Assembly: GCA_964426735.1 (NCBI GenBank)
Contig: CAYRRP010000004.1
Location: 25,142 to 88,448, forward strand
Direction of reading: 5' to 3'
Origin: an uncultured Candidatus Saccharibacteria bacterium
Lineage (GTDB): Bacteria; Patescibacteriota; Minisyncoccia; Phycocordibacterales; DATDWN01
Length of the DNA: 63,307 bases
In this document: positions 8,658 to 17,508 of the stretch, in pieces
Layout of the letters: every line of letters begins with the position of its first letter
How positions within the stretch are numbered: position 1 is the first letter of the stretch
Notes under the pieces: model-generated
What the model was told of the DNA's origin: nothing
Databases searched by the model: none
Seen by the model: only the letters and a program-made list of their open reading frames with translations
Translations under genes and position numbers: made by a program

Positions 8658-10400
8658 ATGAAATTACTGTTCGCATATCTTAAAAAATATTGGAAGCTCT
8701 GTGTTGCAGTGCTTGTTCTTGCTGCAATCAACCAAGTCTTTTCATTGCTTGATCCGTTGATTTTTAGACATATTATTGATGAGTATGCAACAAAGTATGA
8801 CGCGTACACCCTTGCAGAATTTTCTCGAGGTGTACTGAAACTATTGTTGCTTGCAGTAGGTGTGGCATTTGTTTCTCGTGTTGCAAAAAACTTCCAAGAC
8901 TACTTCCTTAATGAAGTTACTCAAAAGATAGGAGCAGAGCTCTATAGTAATGGAGTAAAGCACTCACTCGCGTTGCCATATGTGGTTTTTGAAGACCAGA
9001 GGAGTGGAGAAACACTCGGTGTACTCCAGAAGGTTCGTACTGATGTAGAGAAGTTTATTGCGTCATCAATTAATATTACATTTGTCTCATTGATTGGTTT
9101 TGTGTTTGTGTCTGTATATGCAATCAGTATTTATTGGGGTATTGCGGTCGCGTACGCAGTGACGATACCTATTATTGGTGGTATTAGTTATGTGCTTACG
9201 CGAAAGGTAAAAAATATCCAACAAGAAATTGTTCGAGAGACCACTGCACTTGCAGGGTCTACTACCGAATCATTACGTAATATTGAATTGGTAAAAAGTC
9301 TTGGACTTGTGGATCAAGAGATAGGGAGACTCAATACAACCACACAGAAGATTCTTGCACTCGAGCTAAAAAAACTCCGCTATATTCGAAGTGTGAGTTT
9401 TGTGCAGGGGACACTTATAAACTTCCTGAGATCTTCAATACTTCTGTTTATGTTGTATTTGATATTTACCCAAGTGATCACTTTTGGTCAATTTTTCTCA
9501 CTCTTTATTTATTCTTTCTTTGTGTTTGGCCCACTTCAGGAGCTTGGGAATATGGTAAATACATATCGAGAGGTTGAAGTGTCTTTAAAAAAATATACTC
9601 AAATTTTGGATATACCAGTAGAAAAAGTTCCAGATCATCCGAAAGTTCTATCTGATGTGCACATTGTTCGATTCGACGAAGTGACCTTTATGTATCCATC
9701 AGGCAACGAACCTGCGGTATCACAAATATCTTTTGATGTGAAAACAGGAGAAACCGTTGCATTTGTTGGTCCATCTGGATCAGGTAAAACAAGTTTGGTT
9801 AAGTTGCTTGTAGGATTGTATGAGCCAGCAGTCGGACAGGTGCTTTACAATAATGTGGCTCATGATGAGGTGGATATGCAAAGTATCCGTACTCATATTG
9901 GTTTTGTAACACAAGATACTCAGTTGTTTGCAGGGACAATTCGAGAAAACTTATTGTTTGTAAAACCAGATGCAACGGATGAAGAGTGCCTCAGTGCACT
10001 TAAAAAAAGTGCATGTGACGCACTGCTTGCTCGGGGAGGCAAGGGTCTTGATACAATGATTGGTGAAGGGGGAGTAAAAGTTTCTGGTGGAGAAAAACAA
10101 CGTCTTTCAATTGCTCGAGCACTCTTGAGAAAACCAAGCATTCTTATTTTTGATGAAGCGACTTCCGCTCTTGATTCGATTACAGAAGAAGAAATCACTC
10201 GAACTATGAGAGATGTGACGGTAGAGGGTGCGCATATCACAGTATTAATTGCACATCGATTGTCGACTATTATGCATGCAGATAGAATCTATGTACTTGA
10301 AAAAGGTAAGATTGTAGAAGTAGGATCGCATCAAAAACTTCTTGAAGAGAAAGGTTTGTATAGTGCGATGTGGCGAGAGCAAATCGGAGAGAGGTCTTAA
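8658..10400 (+). CDS. ABC transporter, fused permease/ATPase (MsbA/exporter type)
   Basis: Six-TM N-terminal half. Walker A GPSGSGKTS, signature VSGGEKQRLSIARA, Walker B ILIFDEATSALD. Confidence 0.9.
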   Translation: MKLLFAYLKKYWKLCVAVLVLAAINQVFSLLDPLIFRHIIDEYATKYDAYTLAEFSRGVLKLLLLAVGVAFVSRVAKNFQDYFLNEVTQKIGAELYSNGVKHSLALPYVVFEDQRSGETLGVLQKVRTDVEKFIASSINITFVSLIGFVFVSVYAISIYWGIAVAYAVTIPIIGGISYVLTRKVKNIQQEIVRETTALAGSTTESLRNIELVKSLGLVDQEIGRLNTTTQKILALELKKLRYIRSVSFVQGTLINFLRSSILLFMLYLIFTQVITFGQFFSLFIYSFFVFGPLQELGNMVNTYREVEVSLKKYTQILDIPVEKVPDHPKVLSDVHIVRFDEVTFMYPSGNEPAVSQISFDVKTGETVAFVGPSGSGKTSLVKLLVGLYEPAVGQVLYNNVAHDEVDMQSIRTHIGFVTQDTQLFAGTIRENLLFVKPDATDEECLSALKKSACDALLARGGKGLDTMIGEGGVKVSGGEKQRLSIARALLRKPSILIFDEATSALDSITEEEITRTMRDVTVEGAHITVLIAHRLSTIMHADRIYVLEKGKIVEVGSHQKLLEEKGLYSAMWREQIGERS

Positions 10401-10431
10401 GGATGGATATACTTCATGATATAATTTTTTC

Positions 10432-11397
10432 ATGACTATTATTTCTGCGTTTGCGACAGTCCTTGCATTGGTGTTTATTATGCTTAATGCGGTTTCAAAA
10501 TTTAGTAAACACATCCAACTTGTCGCAGGGGATACGTTTAAGGATATGATTCGTTCTCTAACCTCAAATCCTTTTCGAGGCACTATCGTTGGTACGGTGT
10601 TTACCGCACTCATCCAATCTTCTGCGGCAACCATGATGATGGTGGTAAGTTTGGTGGATAGCGGGGTGATGACGTTCTATAGTAGTTTGGGTGTTATGTT
10701 TGGTGCAAACATAGGAACTACACTTACATCTCAACTTGTTGCATTAAATGTAACAAGCATTGCTCCTTATGTGGTCATCATTGGTTTTTTAATGTATGCC
10801 TATGACTGGAAGTATAAACGGTACGGTAAGCCAGTGTTGTATTTTGGTATCGTGTTTCTTTCACTTGCGCTTATATCGGATGTAGTACTCAATCTACAGA
10901 CCAACCAGAGCTTTCTTTCATTGTTTAAGTCAATTACTCACACGTACAGCGCAATTATATTTGGGGCATTAGCTGCAATTATATTTCAATCAAGTACAAT
11001 TACTTCAGCGATTGTAGTTATTCTGGCGGGACAAGGATTGCTTTCTGCACCAATTGGTATTGGCATTATGTTAGGTGCAAATATTGGAAGCGCATCAACA
11101 TCATTTATTGCATCATTGTTTATGAATCATGGTGCAAAAAAAGCTGCTACTGCTCATGTGTTATATAATATGATTGGTGTGATATGTATCATTCCGTTTT
11201 TCAATCACTTTACTGCATTGATTGATCTGATCGGAGGAAGTGCTCCTCAGCAGGTTGCGAATGCTCATGTGGTGTTCAATATACTGAGTGCTTTGTTGTT
11301 TTTATTGTTTATTAAACCATTTGCACTTCTTGTTGATTGGGTATCTGAAAAAGCGTATAGCACTATACCACTCAGAGAACAAAAAATTAATTTTTAA
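10432..11397 (+). CDS. Na+/phosphate cotransporter family protein (NptA-like, short)
   Basis: Duplicated QSSxxT motifs (QSSAATMMMV, QSSTITSAIV) and GANIGT(T/S) repeats. Confidence 0.75.
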   Translation: MTIISAFATVLALVFIMLNAVSKFSKHIQLVAGDTFKDMIRSLTSNPFRGTIVGTVFTALIQSSAATMMMVVSLVDSGVMTFYSSLGVMFGANIGTTLTSQLVALNVTSIAPYVVIIGFLMYAYDWKYKRYGKPVLYFGIVFLSLALISDVVLNLQTNQSFLSLFKSITHTYSAIIFGALAAIIFQSSTITSAIVVILAGQGLLSAPIGIGIMLGANIGSASTSFIASLFMNHGAKKAATAHVLYNMIGVICIIPFFNHFTALIDLIGGSAPQQVANAHVVFNILSALLFLLFIKPFALLVDWVSEKAYSTIPLREQKINF

Positions 11398-11400
11398 TAT

Positions 11401-11976
11401 ATGACAGAAGAACAAGAAATTATAAAAAATCCGTATACAAATTTAGAAAGAGATTTGTTTTTTATTGCATTGTCGATATTTGTAGCGATAGGTATCATTC
11501 GTTTTGGCGTGATTCAGAATATCGTATCTGCTGTTGATGAGTTAAAGATTATCGGAAGTCTTATTGCAGGTTTTTTCTTCACTTCTGCATTTACGATTGC
11601 TCCGGCAGCAATCGCCTTGGCTGAAATATCAAAAACAGCATCACCTTTTTTGGTTGCGTTTTGGGGTGCATGTGGATCGTTAGCAGGGGATATGATTATT
11701 TTTTTGTTTGTGCGTGATCGGTTTGCTGATGATATTCGAGAAGTTCTCCATACGTTTAAACAAGAAAAAAAGATCAAGCGGTTTTTCAGAAGAGGTTTTT
11801 TTAGATGGCTTTCTCCGTTACTTGGTGCATTGATTATTGCATCACCGTTGCCTGATGAATTTGCTATCGCACTTATGGGTGTGTCGAAAGTGCATATGAA
11901 ATTGTTTATCCCAATTGCATTTATTATGAATTTTTTTGGTATACTTATTATTGCACTTATCACGGGCGCACTGTAA
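11401..11976 (+). CDS. Integral membrane protein, unknown function
   Basis: About 5 hydrophobic helices. Translationally coupled to the upstream transporter by a 3-nt gap. Confidence 0.6.
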   Translation: MTEEQEIIKNPYTNLERDLFFIALSIFVAIGIIRFGVIQNIVSAVDELKIIGSLIAGFFFTSAFTIAPAAIALAEISKTASPFLVAFWGACGSLAGDMIIFLFVRDRFADDIREVLHTFKQEKKIKRFFRRGFFRWLSPLLGALIIASPLPDEFAIALMGVSKVHMKLFIPIAFIMNFFGILIIALITGAL

Positions 11977-12006
11977 GCGTGTGTTTAGTGGTATAATATC
12001 TCATGT

Positions 12007-13032
12007 ATGATTGATAGAAATAAAGTTGAAATAATCTTTTTTGGTTTATTGTTTGGAGCAGTGATGACGCTTGTGTTTTTTGTATTTAAACCTTTCTTTA
12101 CCACATTGTTTCTTGCGGCAACATTTAGTATTGCTCTTTTTCCTATATATAAGAAAGTATTGATCTATACAAAAGGTAGGGAAACAATAAGTTCATTAAT
12201 TTCTCTCTGTATTGGTATTGTTTTTGTTATGATACCGGTTACATTTTTAGGACAACAAGCTTTTACACAGGCGCATGGTTTGTATAATAAGCTTGCTACA
12301 AATAATGTAAGTGAGCTTGATTTTATTACCGAGGCTGTCGAAAAACCTATTAGAAATATTATCCCAGGGTTTTCAGTGAGTATTAATCAGTACGCAGAAT
12401 ATGCGTTAGGATGGGCAACAGATAATTTTAAAGATGTTCTTTTTGGTACATTGGCAGTTATTGCTGATGTTTTTTTGATTATTCTTGCAATGTTTTTCTT
12501 TTTGAAAGATGGGGAACGAATATTGGAAAAATTAATCAAACTTTCTCCACTGCGTGATTCATATGATAGAGAGTTATTAGAAAAAACGACAGCCACGATT
12601 ACAACAGTGGTAAAAGGTACGTTGTTGATTGCATTGGTACAAGGAGTGCTTGCAGGACTTGGTTTGTTTATATTTGGTGTTCCAAATGCAGTATTATGGG
12701 GAGCACTCGCAGCATTATGTGCATTTGTGCCTGGATTAGGTACAGCGCTCGTAATCATACCTTCAGTTATCTATCTTTTTGTGATTGGAAATATGCCGTT
12801 TGCAATCGGTTTATCAGTGTGGGGTATGTTACTTGTAGGTATGATCGATAATATACTTGGTCCCTATCTGTATAAAAAAGGTACGAGACTGCATTCACTC
12901 ATTGTGCTTTTTTCAGTACTCGGAGGAATTTCTTTTTTTGGTCCAGAAGGATTGTTTTTAGGTCCAGTGATTGCAAGTGTGTTTGTTTCCCTTATACATA
13001 TTTATGAGAGGATGATTATTGGTAATAATTGA
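12007..13032 (+). CDS. AI-2E family transporter (PerM/UPF0118)
   Basis: Multi-TM protein with the typical central loop and the C-terminal GLGTALVIIP...GPxL pattern. Confidence 0.75.
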   Translation: MIDRNKVEIIFFGLLFGAVMTLVFFVFKPFFTTLFLAATFSIALFPIYKKVLIYTKGRETISSLISLCIGIVFVMIPVTFLGQQAFTQAHGLYNKLATNNVSELDFITEAVEKPIRNIIPGFSVSINQYAEYALGWATDNFKDVLFGTLAVIADVFLIILAMFFFLKDGERILEKLIKLSPLRDSYDRELLEKTTATITTVVKGTLLIALVQGVLAGLGLFIFGVPNAVLWGALAALCAFVPGLGTALVIIPSVIYLFVIGNMPFAIGLSVWGMLLVGMIDNILGPYLYKKGTRLHSLIVLFSVLGGISFFGPEGLFLGPVIASVFVSLIHIYERMIIGNN

Positions 13033-13052
13033 GAATAATAAAATAACGAATT

Positions 13053-13511
13053 ATGAAAAAAAATATTTTATACAGTGTAGTAGGTCTCGTAGTGCTTTGT
13101 GTAATAGGGTATATACTCTGGCCAAACACACCACTTGTTGTTGAGAACACTCAAACTGAAACAGATGTAGTTTCAACAACAACCGCAAAAAATACTTCAG
13201 AAGTTAAAAAGACAACTCAAACAGTAAAGTCTGCGCCAAAAACAACATATACTGTGTTGTATACAAAAAAAGGTTTTGAGCCAAGTGAACTTCAGATTCC
13301 AAAAGGTGCAACAGTAAAATTTGTAAACAAAACAAATACATCAATGAGAATTTTTGCAAGTGATACCGCAAAACCTCCATATTCAGATCTCAATCAACCG
13401 AAAGCGCTTGGATTGAATGGTGAGTATATGTTTAATTTTGTATACACAGGTGTATGGACGTATTATAATTCATTGAAACCATCTGATACGGCAAATATTG
13501 TAGTGTATTAA
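13053..13511 (+). CDS. Membrane-anchored cupredoxin-like domain protein
   Basis: N-terminal TM anchor, Thr-rich linker, then FEPSELQIPKGATVKFVNKTNTSM, which is typical of cupredoxin_1-like domains. Confidence 0.45.
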   Translation: MKKNILYSVVGLVVLCVIGYILWPNTPLVVENTQTETDVVSTTTAKNTSEVKKTTQTVKSAPKTTYTVLYTKKGFEPSELQIPKGATVKFVNKTNTSMRIFASDTAKPPYSDLNQPKALGLNGEYMFNFVYTGVWTYYNSLKPSDTANIVVY

Positions 13512-13556
13512 TAGAAGGTAAAAAACTGCTCTCATGCAGTTTTTTTCTTGTGTGGT

Positions 13557-14444
13557 ATGATACATACTATGACAATCCTCATAACACAATCAGTTGGTGA
13601 GTATGCGCTACTAGACTCAGGTGATGGGGAGAAACTTGAGCAGTTCAATGATGTGATTTTAGCTCGTCCTGATCCAGAAGTGTTGTGGGAGAAAAAGTAT
13701 CCCGATCTATGGTCTACGGCACACGCTCAATTTACTTATGGAGAACGTGGTACAAAATGGCATTCAAAAAAAACATTACCACTGAAGTGGGTGTGTAAGG
13801 TGGGGGATATTTCCTTATTGTTAAAACTCGGAAATAATAAACATGTGGGAATGTTTCCTGAGCAAATTGCTCAATGGGATTGGATGGTGGAACGAGTCAA
13901 AAGTAGACAGTCAGAAGTTAGCAGTAAAACAAAAGAAATTAAAATTCTTAATTTGTTTGGGTATACTGGTGGTGCAACCTGTGCACTTGCAAAAGCGGGG
14001 GCTGAGGTGACTCATGTAGATGCATCGAAAGCTGCAATCACATGGGCTCATGAAAACAAAAAAACAGCAGGACTCGATAATGCAAAGATTCGTTTTATGC
14101 TCGATGATGCACGAAAGTTTGTGGAGCGTGATATTAAAAGAGGTGTTGTGTATGACGCGATCTTGATGGATCCGCCAGTGTACGGCAAAGGTGTAAAAAA
14201 AGAAAAGTGGCATATCGATGAAAACTTTCTTCCGTTGCTTGAGCGTTCAATGAAATTACTTTCAAAAAATCCTCTTTTTGTGGTAGTGACAGGGTATGCT
14301 TCGGAGTATTCTCATCTTTCGTATGCCAACGCACTTGAGGGAGTGCTTCCTGGTGTGAAGGTTGAGTCAGGGGAGCTTGCGATTAAAGAAAAAGAAACTG
14401 AGCGACTTTTGCCCGCGGGTATTTTTGCGAGGGCAACGTTTTAA
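13557..14444 (+). CDS. Class I SAM-dependent methyltransferase (RlmI/RlmK-like)
   Basis: SAM-binding loop LNLFGYTGGATCA and the catalytic-type motif ILMDPPVYG. Confidence 0.75.
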   Translation: MIHTMTILITQSVGEYALLDSGDGEKLEQFNDVILARPDPEVLWEKKYPDLWSTAHAQFTYGERGTKWHSKKTLPLKWVCKVGDISLLLKLGNNKHVGMFPEQIAQWDWMVERVKSRQSEVSSKTKEIKILNLFGYTGGATCALAKAGAEVTHVDASKAAITWAHENKKTAGLDNAKIRFMLDDARKFVERDIKRGVVYDAILMDPPVYGKGVKKEKWHIDENFLPLLERSMKLLSKNPLFVVVTGYASEYSHLSYANALEGVLPGVKVESGELAIKEKETERLLPAGIFARATF

Positions 14445-14450
14445 AGTTTT

Positions 14451-14691
14451 AAAAAAGCGCGCGCAGACGGAGGTCCGTTGCGCGCATGTGAGGATGGGGA
14501 GATCAATCAATCGATGTTTTCCCCAAAGTTGTAAGGCTCTGTACCTTGGGGGTACAGAAGGGGTTCTTCTAGGTGTGGGCCGAACTGGGGTGGTTTTGTG
14601 ATTGGCGGTGGCATTGTTCTTGACTCGCCAGTAGTCACTACCTCATTTGCCAGTAAGGCAACGAAAGGACATTCTTTGTGTGGCATATTCT
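14451..14691 (-). ncRNA. Candidate ~240-nt structured ncRNA of unknown class
   Basis: GC-rich island in an AT-rich intergenic region. It has a minus-strand promoter (TTGACT-17-TAGGAT) and a minus-strand intrinsic terminator (GCGCGCA..TGCGCGC followed by a T-run). Several internal hairpins are visible. Confidence 0.4.
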
Positions 14692-14697
14692 ACCCTT

Positions 14698-14726
14698 ATC
14701 CTAACTAGCTCTCTTTAAAGAGTCAA
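14698..14726 (-). promoter_or_regulatory. Sigma70-like promoter for the ncRNA candidate
   Basis: On the minus strand, TTGACT (14726-14721), a 17-nt spacer, then TAGGAT (14703-14698). Confidence 0.45.
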
Positions 14727-14745
14727 GATATACTTTGTGTATGAT

Positions 14746-14849
14746 CCCGTTAGAAATAACGGAAATCACTACGTATCACGTCGAACCATTACAAGTTAAT
14801 ACTTATGGGAAGTACAGAATGCTATCTGTGATTTCCTATTTCTAACGGG
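14746..14849. repeat. ~23-bp inverted repeat pair enclosing 58 nt and abutting the PAP2 start codon
   Basis: CCCGTTAGAAATAACGGAAATCAC (14746-14769) pairs with GTGATTTCCTATTTCTAACGGG (14828-14849). The ATG is at 14850. Confidence 0.75.
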
Positions 14850-15392
14850 ATGAATACAATTGATCAATCAGTGCATTTATTTTTTCAATCAATCCAAAGC
14901 TCAGAACTTACGTATGGTTTGTATGTGTTCACGTGGTTTTTTAACACAGTGCCTGCCGTTATTCTCGTTGTACTCACAACGTATTTTTTGTTTAAGTGGG
15001 GTAATAAAAAAAATGGATTTGAGTTTCTATTTGCCATCAGTTCATCATTTATCTTGGTGTGGCTTATTAAACTTTTTGTAAATCATCCACGTCCTCCGTT
15101 AGGCATCATCACTGCATATGGTCCTAGCTTTCCATCTGCACACACAGCTGTCGCTATCACATTTTTTCTGTTTTTCTTGAGATTTATGCGACATGAAAAA
15201 AATCCCTTTCGCAAGATTATTCATCAAGCGTTTTGTATTCTCGTTCCGCTTATGGTGGGGTTAAGTCGAGTTTATCTTGGAGTTCACTGGCTTTCTGATG
15301 TGCTTGCTGGTATTGTGGTGGGTGTTACTGCTCTGATGATATCTCGATATATATGGAAACAAACTCACAACCTCACATCCTTAAAGGTATAG
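14850..15392 (+). CDS. PAP2-family phosphatase (undecaprenyl-diphosphatase/PgpB-like)
   Basis: PAP2 motifs PSFPSAHTA and SRVYLGVHWLSDV in a multi-TM protein. Confidence 0.85.
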   Translation: MNTIDQSVHLFFQSIQSSELTYGLYVFTWFFNTVPAVILVVLTTYFLFKWGNKKNGFEFLFAISSSFILVWLIKLFVNHPRPPLGIITAYGPSFPSAHTAVAITFFLFFLRFMRHEKNPFRKIIHQAFCILVPLMVGLSRVYLGVHWLSDVLAGIVVGVTALMISRYIWKQTHNLTSLKV

Positions 15393-16204
15393 CTCCACGC
15401 GAAGCACTCCGAGAAAAACTCGCTCTCCAGGTGAGAGCTTTTTCTGTTGCACCTAAGCTCGTGATTATTCAGGTTGGAGATAGAGAAGATTCAAATATTT
15501 ATATTAAACAAAAAATCGATTTCGGAGAGTCTATTGGGGTGGATGTTGTACATAAGAAATTTTCAAACACAATAACTCGAGATGAATTGCAGAAAGAAAT
15601 AGAATCCGTAAACACAGATGATTCTGTGACAGCGATGATTGTACAGTTACCACTTCCTTCGCATATACCCACAGATGTTCTTGAATGCATTGAATCAAAA
15701 AAAGATGTTGATTGTCTTACAGAGTATCATCGGGCAGAGCTTGCAAAAGGTGCAATGTATTCTTCACCAGCAACAGCAAAAGCAGTGCTTGCGTTGCTTA
15801 CATATTATAATGTACCTATTGTAGGTACACATGCTGTTGTAGTAGGAAGATCAGTATTGGCTGGAGGGCCGATTGCTGAGTTATTAAAAATTTCTGGAGC
15901 ACATGTTTCAGTAATTCATCGCGAAACAAAAGATCCAGAAGTGATAAGTCGTACCGCCGATATTTTGGTGGTAGCATGCGGAGTTCCAGCATTGGTAACA
16001 GAGACATGGATTAATCCAGATAAACATACGGTTGTTATAGATGTGGGAATTCATCGAACAGAGCATGGTGTGGTCGGAGATGTGGATGTGCTGTCAGTAT
16101 CGCCATATATACAAGCGATATCTCCAGTACCAGGTGGAGTTGGTCCTCTCACGGTTGCGTGTTTATTTGAGAACCTCATCCATATTCACACACAAAGTGT
16201 ATGA
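15353..16204 (+). CDS. folD: Bifunctional methylene-THF dehydrogenase/methenyl-THF cyclohydrolase
   Basis: ILKG...KLVIIQVGDREDSNIYIKQK, PLP..I, VVVGRS.LAG.P and PVPGGVGP motifs. The start overlaps the PAP2 3' end by 40 nt. Confidence 0.9.
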   Translation: METNSQPHILKGIAPREALREKLALQVRAFSVAPKLVIIQVGDREDSNIYIKQKIDFGESIGVDVVHKKFSNTITRDELQKEIESVNTDDSVTAMIVQLPLPSHIPTDVLECIESKKDVDCLTEYHRAELAKGAMYSSPATAKAVLALLTYYNVPIVGTHAVVVGRSVLAGGPIAELLKISGAHVSVIHRETKDPEVISRTADILVVACGVPALVTETWINPDKHTVVIDVGIHRTEHGVVGDVDVLSVSPYIQAISPVPGGVGPLTVACLFENLIHIHTQSV

Positions 16205-16256
16205 ATATGGTCTCTGTGGTATAATAGCTCTGTTAATAAGTAATTTTAAAAAAAAT

Positions 16257-17060
16257 ATGGACACATTGTTTGATCCAAATGATAAAAAACAGATTGTAAA
16301 ATACGCAATGATTCTTGCGGTAGTACTTGCAGTCTTTGTTGGTGTAAAAACTATCAATGCGCTGAAAGAATATTCTTACATTGGCAAAGATGTGCCCGCA
16401 ATGAATGTGGTATCAGTAACAGGAAAAGGGGAGATTGCAATCAAACCTGATGTTGCTTCTTTTACCTATACAGTAACTGAAGAAGGTAAAACAACAGCTG
16501 ATGCTCAGGAAAAAGCAACGAAAAAAAGTAACGACATGCTTGCTGCACTCAAAGATGCGGGGATAGAAGAAAAAGATATTAAAACTGTTTCGTACAATAT
16601 CTATCCAAAATATGAGTATACACCAGTAGTGTGTACACAGTATTCATGTCCACCAAGTAAATCTACTATATCAGGATATGAAGTATCTCAGTCGATTGAA
16701 GTGAAAGTTCGAAAGATTGAAAAGGCGGGAGATGTACTTGCTCTTGCGGGAACACTCGGGATATCAAATGTATCAGGTCTTAATTTTGTAGTCGATGATA
16801 TGGAGGCTCTAAAATCAGAGGTTCGTAAGCAAGCAATCATTGATGCAAAAGAAAAAGCAAAAATGCTTTCAAAAGAACTTGGAGTAAAATTTGATACTAT
16901 CATTAGTTTCTATGAATCAAACGATCAGATGTACCCATATATGTCAGAACGTGCATATGGAGGAACAATGATGCTTGATACAATGAAAGTGTCACCAGAG
17001 ATTCCATCAGGTGAAAACAAGCTTACCACTCAGGTAACCATTACATACTCTATAAAATAA
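16257..17060 (+). CDS. SIMPL-domain (DUF541) periplasmic/secreted protein
   Basis: N-terminal TM anchor, then a pattern typical of SIMPL (GEIAIKPDVA..., ISGYEVSQSIEV, ...VTITY). The upstream ORF extension overlapping folD was rejected. Confidence 0.65.
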   Translation: MDTLFDPNDKKQIVKYAMILAVVLAVFVGVKTINALKEYSYIGKDVPAMNVVSVTGKGEIAIKPDVASFTYTVTEEGKTTADAQEKATKKSNDMLAALKDAGIEEKDIKTVSYNIYPKYEYTPVVCTQYSCPPSKSTISGYEVSQSIEVKVRKIEKAGDVLALAGTLGISNVSGLNFVVDDMEALKSEVRKQAIIDAKEKAKMLSKELGVKFDTIISFYESNDQMYPYMSERAYGGTMMLDTMKVSPEIPSGENKLTTQVTITYSIK

Positions 17061-17127
17061 TATACAGAGAGAAGTGTAAGTCTAAAAAACGCCTCAACAA
17101 AGGCGTTTTTTAGACTTTACAGGTATG

Positions 17128-17156
17128 TTGACTAATTGTTTAATAAAGAGTATTAT
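17128..17156 (+). promoter_or_regulatory. Sigma70-like promoter upstream of secE
   Basis: TTGACT (17128-17133), 17 nt, TATTAT (17151-17156). It is followed by a GC hairpin plus T-run (17173-17196) ahead of the secE ATG. Confidence 0.5.
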
Positions 17157-17206
17157 ATAGGGTATTAGTGAAGTCGCGCCCCCCGGGCGTTTTTTAGAAC
17201 AAATTT

Positions 17207-17386
17207 ATGAGTCTTATACAATACATTAAAGATACAAACCTTGAGTTAAAACATGTCAGTTGGCCAACACGAGGACAGGCGATTGCATTTACTGTTGTGG
17301 TAGTGCTTACATCATTTGGTGTCGCATTTTTCCTCGGACTATTTGACTATGTGTTTAAGATCATACTGGAAAAATTTGTACTTTAG
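17207..17386 (+). CDS. secE: Preprotein translocase subunit SecE (59 aa, not in the ORF track)
   Basis: MSLIQYIKDTNLELKHVSWPTRGQAIAFTVVVVLTSFGVAFFLGLFDYVF.. The K.V.WP motif plus a single TM helix, located directly upstream of nusG. Confidence 0.85.
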   Translation: MSLIQYIKDTNLELKHVSWPTRGQAIAFTVVVVLTSFGVAFFLGLFDYVFKIILEKFVL

Positions 17387-17390
17387 GTAA

Positions 17391-17494
17391 ACATGCGAAT
17401 ATGCGAATATACACATGATGCGAATGATTACGAATAAGAAAATCAACAGCATGTATGAGTAGTCATTCGTAGATTCGAATTATTCGTTAATTCG
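17391..17494. repeat. Array of CGAAT / ATTCG pentamers in the secE-nusG spacer
   Basis: CGAAT occurs at 17396, 17404, 17421 and 17431. ATTCG occurs at 17465, 17473, 17482 and 17490. The array is roughly symmetric about position ~17448. Confidence 0.7.
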
Positions 17495-17508
17495 TATATT
17501 AAATTATT

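Noticed and set aside
13030-13032. Alternative genetic code (UGA recoding, as in some CPR lineages)
   Set aside because: TGA terminates well-supported genes at positions matching homologue lengths, for example the AI-2E transporter and recA. All housekeeping ORFs are intact under the standard code.
14451-14691. Assignment of the GC-rich intergenic block to tmRNA, RNase P RNA or SRP RNA
   Set aside because: No tRNA-like 3' end or GGGG 5' end (tmRNA) is visible on either strand. There is also no GAGGAAAGUCC or ACAGAA..GGCUUA box (RNase P) and no GGAA tetraloop with an AGCAGC core (SRP). The class is left open.
15353-15392. The 40-nt overlap of the PAP2 and folD ORFs as evidence of a frameshift or gene fusion
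   Set aside because: The two are in different frames and each has complete family motifs. The folD N-terminus aligns with the usual start, so an ordinary overlap is the simplest reading.
16041-16256. N-terminal 72-codon extension of the SIMPL-domain ORF
   Set aside because: It overlaps the 3' end of folD in another frame and translates to implausible Cys/Trp/Tyr-rich sequence. The ATG at 16257 gives a normal TM-anchored N-terminus.
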